A DNA stretch of 64,000 bases, from positions 1 through 64,000 of the IMG/VR virus record IMGVR_UViG_3300014039_000019; one strand, 5' to 3'. Source of the DNA: a virus (taxonomy: Duplodnaviria; Caudoviricetes). This document shows positions 50,701 to 61,834 of this stretch, piece by piece. Made by a program: the position numbers and the translations under genes. The stretch's first letter is position 1; each line of letters opens with the position of its first letter. The notes beneath the pieces are model-generated. The model was not told the origin of the DNA and searched no databases. It saw only the letters and a program-made list of their open reading frames with translations.

Positions 50701-53700
50701 CTAATTTTAGTTTACTTTCATCAATTGTCCCTGTTGTAAATAGATTTTTAACTGAATCACTTGCATTGATATGCTTAAATTCAGTAAGTTTCTTTTTAAG
50801 ATTTGCCAATTTTGTTTCTGTATCTTTTGTATCTAAATCTACTTTTATATTGTTATCTCTATTTTTATTTATGTCGTTAATTTGTCTCATGATGTCAGTA
50901 TCTATTTTATCTCCACCAGCAAGCGAAATAGGAATTTTTAGTTCTGCTTCTGTAAGCTCTCCATTAAACATTTTTTCAAGGAGTTCAGTAGCCTTTGCGT
51001 CTCCTACTTTACCTGTATTTTCAATAGTAGTTGCTAAAGTAGCCACTAATGATGCCTCAACTTTTGTTATTGTATTCTTCCCGTCAGTAACTCCTTCTAT
51101 TATCTTTTGTAATTGTGGAGGTAAGTTCTTATAACCCTCACCCTTAGCAACATCAGTTATAAGTTTGATTTTTTGTTCAAGAGTAAGAGTATCACTTGTC
51201 ATATTTTGCATAAACTCTTCTAACTCTAAAAATTGAGATTGAAGTTGCATAGCTAGCTCGTCTTTATTTATAGTGATATCGAATAAATTCTTTCCAAATC
51301 CTGATAAGAATTTTTCCAATTTCATTTTGCTTAAATCTAAGCCGCCTTCTAACTGACTTGTAAACCCTGTTATCCATTGACTAGCATCTATACCAGTTAT
51401 TTTTTCTAACTCTTTTGCAACTCCTGCTATTTGTTTTTGATATCCCTCTATATTACCTGTTTGTTGAAATACTTCATTTGCTTGTCTTAAAGTTTCGTTC
51501 CATTTTTGAACATCTTTATAATGGTCAACTGAATATTCAGATATCTTATCAAAACCTTTTAAAAATTCATTTCTTTTACTTAAATTATCTGCAACTAATT
51601 CATTAGACCAATCATATAATCCAATTAAATCTTTCATCTCTGCTTTTTGTCTATTGCCAAGTAAAGAATAAGATTTATATTTAGTAGACATTAATTCATT
51701 AAATGCTACGGCTTCTTGTTGAGATTCATATTCTGCATATTGAGCATTTTTTTCTGCGTAACTTTTATTTAAATTTGCTATTGATTCTTGTTGATTAGCG
51801 TATGCCTTAGCGTACTGTTTACAACCTTTTTCAAAATCTTTTAAACTTAACCCAAATAAATTTGCTGGGTCTTGGAATGGATTTTTTACGGCATTTTTTG
51901 TTATAACCTCATCATATACATTTGTTTTTAATGTTCCATTAGTTCTATAATCTCCAACTAATTTACCTGCGTCTTGAGCTGCAGAAGCCTGTTGTGCAAT
52001 TAATAGTTGATTTTCTTTTTCTATCGCTATTTCTAATTTTTCAATCAATGCATCCGTACTATTCCCCAATGCCAAAATAGGGTCTTGATTTTCGTCATAA
52101 CCCATTACTAACTCTGGGAACATTTCTGCAAGTTGTTGTTTATATCCGCTTAAACGAGCCATTTCATCAGAAGTTAGATCAGCTTTATTTGCAAGCTTTT
52201 CGTAATCTTCAGCCATAGATTTTAAAGCAGTCCTTTTATCATTTAAATTAGATATCTCTGCTTGAGTTGATTGTATTCCTGCTTTTGATGTTTCATAAGC
52301 TTTTTCGGTTTTATGAACATAATTGTCAATAGCACTAACTGCTGCGCTTATTCCACCTATAGCTAAAGACAATAACGCACCATTTAATAACGAAACTCCA
52401 ACAGACATAGCTATAGATTTAGCTCCACCTAAAACCATTGATTTAGCGGTTTCTTTGACACCTTTTGTTACTTTTTCTGCTTGAACTGCTCCTTTAGATA
52501 ATGTATCGCCAGTTCTTTTTAAGTTTCCTTCTGCATCTTTCGTACATACCATAAAACTTGTCGAAGTGCTTTTTAATGTTCTTTGTATTCTATTACTATT
52601 TGACTGAACATCGCTAGCTAAAGCTTTGGTATTTTTAGACATTACCCTTCTCATATTTTGAGAAGCGTTTGCCATATTATTTGATACAACTGTTACTTGT
52701 GATTGGGCTTGTTTAAAGTTTTTAACAAATCCGCTACCTATAACACTTAAATTACTTCCTGTTGCTTTAGCTTTTATAGCATTAAATAAGGTAGCTATTG
52801 AAGCTATCGCTACTGGAGTTGCCATATTTATTTTATTTAAAGCGCCTAAAAAATTATTAATTCCTTCAATGCCTGCGGCTAATCCTCCGACTGCATTTTT
52901 AGCCATATCTGATGTAATAGTAGTTGTTACTAATTGTCTAAATTGGTCTTTTAAAGCCACTATTTTACCTTCAAGACTGTCTATAAATCTTTCATTTTCT
53001 TTTTCGGCACTACCAACTGTAAATCCTTGATTATATTCGTCTTGATATTGTAAAACTGTTTCCCAGTTATTTAACATGGCTTGTAATGTATTTGCATGAT
53101 ATTTTTGTCCTATAGCTTCTGTAATAGTAGCTCTTTTAACTTCATTTAATGAATCCCATTTATCATGTAATTCATCTAGTATTTCGAAAGAACTCTTTAT
53201 AGTTCCTTTTTGCATATCTACTACATTAATTCCAGCCATATCTCTTAATGTTTTTGCAGTTTTATTTAATGTTACTCGTCCTGTCTTTGCAGAATAAGTA
53301 ACCCCATTTAAGCTAGTTGCCATAGATTTTAATGCATTACCAACTTTTGAAGCATCTTGTACGGTTTCATTAGCACCTATAATCATACCTATACTTTGGC
53401 TTAAAGTATTACCACTTGCTTTTAATTGAGATGCTGAACGTTGTAGTGCTTCCCCTACATCGGCAGATGTAACTGCAAAGTTGTTCGGTTGTCTTCATAT
53501 GGGTTCGCTACTTCCCATACAGTTCTCTTATGAACTTCTCTAGCTTTCACTAGAAGCCGAGACTATATCTTCATCTTGTTTTTTTTAACAAGAGCTTTCC
53601 ACTTCCACTCGCTTGAGTGTACTTCCCTGTCGAGAATAGTCGTTGAAGTTTATTCTTGGTTTATTTCTTTAGTTAATATATTTTCAATATTATTAAATTC

Positions 53701-56700
53701 CCAATAAGGAATTCTAACTAATCTAATGTTATTTTTATCGCAATATATATTCTTAATTGTATCTCTTATTTTCGTATCTATAAAACTATTTTGTCCACCA
53801 AAATACTCACTAATATAATAATGTTGCCTACCATCATATTCAAGACAACAGTTATAATCAGGCAAGTAAAAATCAAAAGCTAAGGTATTTTTATATTTAC
53901 AATCTTTAAACCTATATTGTTCTATATAATTTATATTATTTTTATCTAAATATTCTTTAATTTTTTCTTCGCCTTTAAAAATAGTTTTACATTTTGGACA
54001 TCTTCTACCTTCTTTAAAATGATGATAAGACACTTTATGTATATGTCCATTTGGGCATATTGTTTTTAATTTTGTTCCACAATTTTTATAAGACTCTTTA
54101 TCAGATATAACTTGGTATCCTTCTTTTCTAAATTCTGAAACTATATTTTCAAAAGAATATTTAAATCTCGGTTTACATTTAGGACATCTGCAATTACCTC
54201 TCCTAAAAGAATCATAAGACAATGCTTCTGTTATATGCCCATTAGGACATTTAAGTTTCAATTTTTGTTTATTTGATTTATATAAACATAAAACTTCATA
54301 ACCGTATTTACTAAAATATTCTTCTATATATTTCTGTGTTAATCTTTTACTCATTTAATCACCTCTCTTCTATTATATCCATTTATATATTGCATTTAAC
54401 ATTATTTTAAAATAAACTTTAGAATCTTACCTGCTGATTACCCAATCTTTATTTTTTTTAAACATTCACGCCTATCGTTTCCAATTACGTTGTAGTATTA
54501 AAGCTCTTAGGGTTTCCCAGTCAATTCAAAAAGTTAAATAATACAATCGCTTGTATTACTGGGCGATTAGTTTACATTCACCCGCATAATTTGCCTGATC
54601 CATATAATCTGCTAATTGACTATATGCACTACCTGCACCTTTAACCTTATCAGTCATAGGTTTTAATGATTTAGCAACTCCGCCATATGCAGAAGCTATA
54701 GTTTTAATATATTTATCTGCCGTCTGCTCGTCAATTTCTGCTACGTTAGCATACATATTGACACTCTTAGCATATTGCATAGCATCTTTTACATTATCTA
54801 TACCTAATTGGAAGGCAGATGCAGTTGAGTTTATGATGTCTACAGAACTTCTTGCAACTTGTTGTCCTGTTTCATAAGCCATTTCTTTGACTTCTTGTAA
54901 TTCTTGTTTTGTACCTGTGAAGCTTGCAGGAGCAACTTTTTCCATATCTCTAAAAGCACTATCTAATTCTACTATTGTATCGTTTATTGCATAGATACCT
55001 TTAGTTATTTGCATACCTAAAATATTACCTAAAGAATAAGTAGATAAAGTAGAATATAAGTTAGAAACGAATTTGCTAGCTGACTTCATAGAAGTACTTA
55101 TTCCTGTCGATGCGCTTTTAGCCGCTCTATTTGCGTTTTGGAATCCTTTTTCTAATTTTGAAGCTTCGCTATTAATTCTTCTTAATTGAGCCTCTGCTTC
55201 TTTAAAAGATACTTTTCCTAATCCTTGCAATTCATCTTTCAGTTTTCTTATAGGAGCTACATCTTTACCTATAGATTGGAATTTCTTTTCTAATTCATTT
55301 AATCTTTGTGTAGCTGTTTGAATAGATGTGTCTAAATTAAATCCTTTTATATCAACGTTGGATTTAGATTTTAATTCATCAAATTCCTTTTCTAATTCAT
55401 TAAGACTTGCAACTAATCTTTTTACGTCACTTTCTGCTGCTTCTGAATTTAAATCTATCTTTGTTCCAGATAAAGTTTTAATTCTTTGTATAAGGTTGTC
55501 AATATTTTGTGTATCTCCGAAAAATTTTGTTTTCTTAAATATTTCGACCTGACTTTGAAGTTGTTGTAATTGGCTCTTTGCTTGAGTCGCTTGATTTCCT
55601 AACTTTTCACTAAAAGTAATATTATTATCTATACTTTTTAATTCCTTATCCAGTCTTTGAATTTCAGAAATTAATAAAGATATTTGTTCGTATGGTTTAT
55701 CCATTTTTAAAATGTCGTCTAAACGGACAGTTTTTAAATAATCAACCATGCTTTTAACTTCTTGTATTCTACCTGTTTGAGATGAAGGTATATTTGTCTT
55801 ACTCATAACATTAGACAATTTAGATTCTAATGAAGTAACACTTTTTTCTATATTTGTAAATTCTTTTGCAAAATTTGTTATCGAAGCTAAATTACCTTCT
55901 GGAAGTTTAACATTCCTCATTAATGAAACTGTAGCTTCTATTCTAGTATCAATTTTTTCTAATTCAGCGCTTAATAATTGATATGATTGTGTATTGATAT
56001 TTGTTTTAGATAAAGTTTTTTCTAATGAGTTTTTTTGACCTATTAATTTGTTATATTCTTTTAAGGCATCCGCTTGAGTTTTTATGCCTGTTGTATTTTT
56101 AGCTATAGAATTTATCTCATTATTTAGCCTCTTTAGCTTACTCTCTGCCTCTTCTAAAGGAACGTTAGCCAAATTACTTAATTCTGTTTTTATCTTTTCT
56201 GCACTAGAGGTATCTTTACCCATTGATTGGAGTGCTTTAGTTAAAGTATTAATCCTTTCTAAACTAGAATTTACACTTGTAGTAAAATCAAATGATTTTT
56301 TTGCACTTGTTGAAATCGCACTTAAATCCCTTAATTCACCTTCTACAAGTTGAATTGTTTCAGATAAATTTCTCAAATCTGTTGTTGCAGTTTTTGAATC
56401 AATATTTATTTTTGCATTTTTTAAATCAGAGTTAAATAAAGCTATAACTTGTTGAAGTCTATTTTGTAAATCTGTTGTGTTTAAAAATCCTTTTACATTT
56501 TTTAATTTATCTAACTCTTGCCCTAATTGTGCAACTTTCTGATAGGCTGCTTCAACCCTAGTATTAAAATCGCTATTAATTGTTATATCTTTTGCTGTAG
56601 TTTTTACTTTTTGCAAATCGCCTAAAAGAGTTGCCATATGTTCGTGAGAGTTTGATATATTTAAGATATTATCTAATTTAGTACCTTTTATTCTATCAAT

Positions 56701-58191
56701 TTCCTTCTTTAAAGCCTCTAACTGTTTGATTTGGTCACCAGTTAAATTCTTGTTTTTGAACATATTATCAATGGTTTGAGAAGCTTTTGTAGCTTGATTT
56801 TGAAGAGTTTCAAATGAACTAGCCAAACTTCTAGTTATATCCGGATTAATATTCTTACCTTTTATTGAATCTAATTCTGATGCTACTTTTTTAATATTAG
56901 ATAAGTTTTCTTGTAATTTTTTATTTAAAACATCATAAGACTGTGTATTTGTAGTCTTAGACATTTGTTTTTCTAATGAAGCTCTCTCATTCATTAATTT
57001 ATTAAAACGAGCCATCGCAGATGTAGCTTTCGGAACTTCTGCTGATACTTCGCTTATTTGTGCTTTAATTTTAGAAAATTCTTCTTGAGCTTGGACAAAA
57101 GTTAATTTATTTAATCCTTCTAATCTAGCTTTTAAAGAATCTATTTGAGATGTATCTTTCCCTAAACTTGTAAATTTAGTTCTTAATTCTTCTAATTGTT
57201 TCATTGATGCAGATACATTTATTTTAAAGACATCCATCTTTTTATTTCTTTGCATATCTGTTACCAATTTATTATAATCGCTATCTAATTTTTTTATTTT
57301 ATCATTAAGAGAAACTACATCTGCTTCAGCAGTTTTGCTATTAATTCTTATATTAACGTTGCTTAATTCTTTTGCTCTAGTAAATAATTTATCAATAGCA
57401 TTATTATTTCCGTAACCTTTAGTATATAAAGATTTAATTTTATTTTGAAGAATACTTGCATCTGATTCAGCTTTTCTAATACTTTTTGCCAAAGCATCAG
57501 ATAGTTCAATCTTCCTAAAAGCTTGCGTAAGCTCTGATGCCCTTGTCATAAGTTTAGACATTTCGGCATAAGGTTTATCTGCTTTTAAAATATTTTCAAG
57601 ATTTGCAGACGATTTAAAATTATCTAATTGTCTTTGTAAAGTTTTTAGATCAGCCGTTTGCGTACCTGTTAAATTTCTTTTCCCTAAAGCATTTTCTAAC
57701 GCAGTACCTAACTCTGTTGCTTTTTTAATAGTAGATTCAAAAGAGCTTGTTAAACTTGCAGTAATATCTGATTTAATAGTTTTTTTGTTTAAAGCATCAA
57801 TTTTACTACCAACCGATTCAATGTCTTTATTCACTTTTGTTAAATCTTTAGATAAAGATTTGTATGCCTGTCCTTTATATGTCTGTTTAGACATTTGTGT
57901 TTCTAATTTATTCTTTTGAGATATTAATTTTTTATATTCAGAAATTAACTCTTTGGCACTCTTTGTTTCATTTTGAAACATTTTAGAATTGCCTTTTGTA
58001 TTTGTACCTTTACTTAAACTATTTATTTGTTCTTTAAGTTTTGTTATTTGACTAAGCAAATCCTTGTCATCTATTCCAACCTTAATTTTCTTTGCATTTT
58101 TTTCTAAATCTGCGATAACTTTTGATAATTCAGATGAAGAATCTCCTTTTTGAACGGTTGGAAAGACTTTAATTCTTATATCTTCAGCCAA
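47747..58191 (-). CDS. spliced tail tape measure protein, about 3116 aa (exons 58191-54580 and 53485-47747)
   Basis: junction DQANYAG|NNFAVTSADVGEALQRSASQL restores the TP901-type TMP core; long helical protein between chaperone and Dit. Confidence 0.92.
53486..54579 (-). mobile_element. group I intron in tape measure gene
   Basis: P1 GGGU/GCCC; AAUCAGCAGG; CUUCAACGACUA / AAGAUAUAGUC; P9.0 GG/CC; terminal G; in-frame junction. Confidence 0.93.
53650..54354 (-). CDS. intron-encoded homing endonuclease
   Basis: two CPNGH..CPKC repeats; KGEEKI..FDFYLPDYNCCLEYDGRQH..RD..K..RIPYWE. Confidence 0.87.
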   Translation of the reverse strand: MSKRLTQKYIEEYFSKYGYEVLCLYKSNKQKLKLKCPNGHITEALSYDSFRRGNCRCPKCKPRFKYSFENIVSEFRKEGYQVISDKESYKNCGTKLKTICPNGHIHKVSYHHFKEGRRCPKCKTIFKGEEKIKEYLDKNNINYIEQYRFKDCKYKNTLAFDFYLPDYNCCLEYDGRQHYYISEYFGGQNSFIDTKIRDTIKNIYCDKNNIRLVRIPYWEFNNIENILTKEINQE

Positions 58192-58221
58192 TTAAATCCA
58201 CCACCTTTATACGCATAAGAA

Positions 58222-58244
58222 TTACCACTTATACGAAGTGGTAA
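58222..58244. terminator. hairpin between gene 58256 and tape measure
   Basis: TTACCACTT-ATACG-AAGTGGTAA. Confidence 0.55.
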
Positions 58245-58255
58245 CTTAATTTTTT

Positions 58256-58693
58256 CTATAAAACATTTAATCCTCTAATTCTTAATTTTTCTTTTAATTC
58301 TAATGGAATCTTTACATCTATTTCGTTTCGGGCATCTTCTTCTATATTTGTCGCAGGATAAAATACAGGATTAGTATCCGAATATCCGGGTGCCCAAACT
58401 GTACCTTCTTCCCAACGATTTAATGGGAAATAATGGCTACCGTGTTTATTTACCCATTTGCCGTTATCTCTAAAAACCCCATCAATTTCTTTATCTCCAA
58501 TTTGTTCATATTCGCAGATATTTTCCATTCCACCAGTTCTATCATACATATTTGGTATTCTTTCTTCATAACCAGTCTCCATCATAAGAGTTTCGTGCAT
58601 AATTTTTCTCATTTCTTCTCCTAATGCCGGAAGTTCATCTGTTACAGTTTTTTGTATGTATGCCACGACCTGATCTAAGTTATCAAATACCAT
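58256..58693 (-). CDS. tail morphogenesis protein (HK97 gp10-like, tentative)
   Basis: position; YDRTG motif. Confidence 0.55.
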   Translation of the reverse strand: MVFDNLDQVVAYIQKTVTDELPALGEEMRKIMHETLMMETGYEERIPNMYDRTGGMENICEYEQIGDKEIDGVFRDNGKWVNKHGSHYFPLNRWEEGTVWAPGYSDTNPVFYPATNIEEDARNEIDVKIPLELKEKLRIRGLNVL

Positions 58694-59175
58694 TATTTTT
58701 CAACCTCCTCCCTACTTTCTTTCATATCTTTTATTTCTTTTTCTAATTCTTTACATTCATTTCCTAGCAATTCTATTTTTTCACTCATTAATAAATTTTT
58801 CTTCAATATTAATCCTTTTTCTATCTCACTTAATTGCTGAGATTGACCCAATAATACTTCTAAATATATTTCATCTAAAATTTCTCTAACTTCATTTAAT
58901 ATAAGTACCATATCCTTATTAGGATTATTTAATGTATCTATTATATCTTCATCAACTTCTATATTCGTACATACTGGAAATAAAATATTATAAATATCCT
59001 CTACATCTTCCGCATCTAATACATTTTTATCTTTTATTATTTCTTGTAAATCCTCTCTAATCTCTTCTCTTTCTTCGTTTAATATATTGTAAACTGTTAC
59101 TTTTTCTAATTCACCGTTTATATCAACAACAAATTCTTTTCTTATTTTTTCTAATTTAAAATCACTTATTTTCAT
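58693..59175 (-). CDS. tail assembly chaperone (putative)
   Basis: acidic helical protein right after the tail tube. Confidence 0.6.
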   Translation of the reverse strand: MKISDFKLEKIRKEFVVDINGELEKVTVYNILNEEREEIREDLQEIIKDKNVLDAEDVEDIYNILFPVCTNIEVDEDIIDTLNNPNKDMVLILNEVREILDEIYLEVLLGQSQQLSEIEKGLILKKNLLMSEKIELLGNECKELEKEIKDMKESREEVEK

Positions 59176-59204
59176 TTTTTATTTCTCCCTTCTAAAAATA
59201 GATA

Positions 59205-59241
59205 AAAAAAAATGCGCCAACAGAAATTAATCTGCTGACGC
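59205..59241 (-). terminator. terminator after tail tube
   Basis: GCG.CA.CAGA..TCTGCTGACGC stem with T-run. Confidence 0.7.
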
Positions 59242-59250
59242 TATAAATTA

Positions 59251-60536
59251 TTATACAGTTTTTTTGTCTATTTCTAATATTAAGTCTTGGTCATCAACTA
59301 ATATGTCCCAAGTTAAACTAAAGTCTGATATTTCTTGTGCTGATATTGTTAAGTCAGCATTAGGTTGCGCTTTCGCTTTGCTGAATTTTATTGATTTAAC
59401 TTCTGTACTACCATCTTCATTAACAACTTCAAATGTACCTTCCATTTTGTAATATTTGCTTGGTATAGTACCTTTAACTTGTATTTTAGTACCAGTTATT
59501 TCACCACCAAGCATTTGAGCTAAGAAGAAGTCATCTATAACTTGTGCATCCATTTGTAATGCCTAATGTTCACATAGGTTCGTAACGCCTATATCGTTCA
59601 TCTAAGAACTGCCTTATCTTTCGATAAGAGAGCAGACTATATCACTTCCCTGATTTTCTTACAGGGATTCCTCCACTTCCATTTAAGGGGTTCTCACCCA
59701 CTCCATTAACTTGAGCCGTACTCCTATTGCCTATTTCAAGGCTACTCACGATATTACTCGCTTTCGGTTAGTCGTTGAAGTTTATACATTTGTTTGTTTA
59801 AAATTTTATCTATATTATCAAATTCCCAATAAGGAATTGTTATTAATTTAATTTTATTTTCTGTGCAATAATTTTTCTTTTTCAAATCATGTTTTCTTTG
59901 TATTTCAAATTTTTCTTTACCTCCAAAATATTTTACTGGTTCATAATGTTGCACTCCTTGATATTCGATACAGCAATTATAATCGGGCAAATAAAAGTCA
60001 TAAGATAAATTACACCCTCCTTCACCTTTTAATGAAGGATATACTTTTTGTCTTTCATAAATAATTTTATTATTATTTAAATAATTTATTATTTTTTCTT
60101 CCGTCCATTTTGTTCTCATATTATCACCCTTCATATTTAACAAACAAATATATCTTACCTGCTGATTGCCCATTGTCAGATATAATAATTATATCCAAAG
60201 CACTTAGGGTTTAACCATATGCCATCTAATTAATTTTTTCTACTTTCGCAACATTCACGCTTAGGATTTAACCTTACGTTGTAGTTTAATTAGCTTTAGG
60301 GGTTTCCAGCAATTCAAAGGATTTGCTATGCTAATTACTTAACATAGGGAACGTTATTTTATTCCTTTTCTTTGACCTGCTATAGTTATACATAAATCTC
60401 CTCTTTTGTAAGCTTCGAAGTTTTCTGATTCAGTTGTTATATTAAAACTATTAAGAAAATCTATAGTAGTAGTATCTTCAGGATTAGCTAAATTTGTTAA
60501 AGTTAAGTCGCAAGCACTTTTTATTGCATATCCCAT
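59251..60536 (-). CDS. spliced major tail tube protein, about 161 aa (exons 60536-60362 and 59561-59251)
   Basis: joined ..AGQRKG-T-LQMDAQV..; beta-rich acidic tube-like sequence; followed by terminator and chaperone. Confidence 0.8.
59562..60361 (-). mobile_element. group I intron in tail tube gene (5' boundary 60361 or 60360, see findings)
   Basis: P1 GGAAU/GUUCC; AAUUGCUGGAAA, AAUCAGCAGG, CUUCAACGACUA, GAUAUAGUC; P9.0 CU/AG; terminal G. Confidence 0.9.
59754..60119 (-). CDS. intron-encoded endonuclease, nuclease domain only (probably internally deleted)
   Basis: MRTKWT fused directly to EEKI..YDFYLPDYNCCIEYQGVQH..HD..K..IPYWE; no Zn repeats. Confidence 0.75.
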   Translation of the reverse strand: MRTKWTEEKIINYLNNNKIIYERQKVYPSLKGEGGCNLSYDFYLPDYNCCIEYQGVQHYEPVKYFGGKEKFEIQRKHDLKKKNYCTENKIKLITIPYWEFDNIDKILNKQMYKLQRLTESE

Positions 60537-60551
60537 AATCAATCTTCCTTT

Positions 60552-61316
60552 CTATTTTTTTAATTTTGTTATTTTTTGCCAAGATTTTATCTTCTTAGGA
60601 CTATATTTACCTCCGCTTGCCATTTTCCATTGTTTTTCTTCTGAAACTCTCAATGTTTCAACTGAATAAGCATCTCTTAACCACCATACGGTTGTATTTT
60701 TAATTTCTTCATAAGAACGTATATTTTGTAAATACATTATTTCTCTAACCATATTTTCGAAAAGTATGCCATCATCATTTTTTCTGCTTTGGAGGTATTT
60801 TCTTCTTTGTTCTTTAAATCTTTCTACAAGTTTTGGGTCTCCTTTAATTTCTCCTTCTTCTTTTGGTTTTTCAAAAAGACACATTTCCAACACAACTTCA
60901 CAAAGTACTAGGAAATTATCGTCCGAAATAAATGCTAATGGATTTCCATGTTCTCCTTCTTTTTTCCTAGTTCCTTTTTCATCTATTCTAAGAATAATTT
61001 TGTCTCCGCCATCTTCATCTTTAAAAAACTCCATATCTTCAAGAGAAGTATTATATAATAAGGTTAACCCTTTATAAAAAGAGTTCATTATTAATTTTGA
61101 TTCATTCATTATCTGTAAAAAATAAGAAAAATAAAATTTATTTTTTTTACATAATTCATCATAAGATAATGTTATTCCCATATAATATGGTTTAATAAAA
61201 TCTATAAAATCATAATCATACATAAAATAATCTACTATTGGTTGATTTATATATCCTAATGTATATTTTTTTAAATTTAATGGTTGTCCAGTTACATATT
61301 CTTTAGTAAAGTACAT
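60552..61316 (-). CDS. hypothetical morphogenesis protein
   Basis: ORF in head-tail cluster. Confidence 0.65.
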   Translation of the reverse strand: MYFTKEYVTGQPLNLKKYTLGYINQPIVDYFMYDYDFIDFIKPYYMGITLSYDELCKKNKFYFSYFLQIMNESKLIMNSFYKGLTLLYNTSLEDMEFFKDEDGGDKIILRIDEKGTRKKEGEHGNPLAFISDDNFLVLCEVVLEMCLFEKPKEEGEIKGDPKLVERFKEQRRKYLQSRKNDDGILFENMVREIMYLQNIRSYEEIKNTTVWWLRDAYSVETLRVSEEKQWKMASGGKYSPKKIKSWQKITKLKK

Positions 61317-61834
61317 TACATACCTTCAAAATATTCTAGTTTATAAATGGACATATACCCTGTGAATCCATTTGGCATATTATACATCGGATATGTTTGT
61401 TCCAAAGTAGGGAATCCAATCCCTTTTAAGTTTTTATTTGTTTTTAACATTTTTTCTATATCTTTGTAAATTAAAATATCTCTCAAACCATTTAATGTAA
61501 ATCTACAATCATTATGACATATTACTCCAACTTCAAACTTAAACTGCTGTATTTTATAGCTTGGTTGGTAAAATCCTGTATAAGGGAAATCTCTATAAAT
61601 ATTAACGAAAACAGAAATATCTGATTCCTTTAATACTTCGGGAACTTTTCTATTTATAAAAACCTTTTTCTCTTTAAGTTTTTTAATTGGATTTTCTATA
61701 TCTTCTAAAGAATATATATCATTTTGTTTTTCTTCATTATAATATATCATTTTGTTTATTTTTTTATCTAACATAATCTCATTAGAGAGCTTAATAAGGT
61801 ATTTATTAGGAAATTGCTCAATCATATTAAACAC
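61316..61834 (-). CDS. tail completion/terminator protein (putative)
   Basis: position; V.CH...R...I..ML, GIG, GY...Y pattern. Confidence 0.6.
   Translation of the reverse strand: MFNMIEQFPNKYLIKLSNEIMLDKKINKMIYYNEEKQNDIYSLEDIENPIKKLKEKKVFINRKVPEVLKESDISVFVNIYRDFPYTGFYQPSYKIQQFKFEVGVICHNDCRFTLNGLRDILIYKDIEKMLKTNKNLKGIGFPTLEQTYPMYNMPNGFTGYMSIYKLEYFEGM

Noticed and set aside
58256-59175. Programmed -1 frameshift in the tail assembly chaperone
   Set aside because: No clear slippery heptamer seen; genes are coupled by TAATG with an RBS
20624-60542. Split genes as pseudogenes, inteins, IS insertions or stop-codon reassignment
   Set aside because: Inserts contain stops and group I core elements. 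There are no intein termini, transposase or target duplications, and stop codons behave normally elsewhere.
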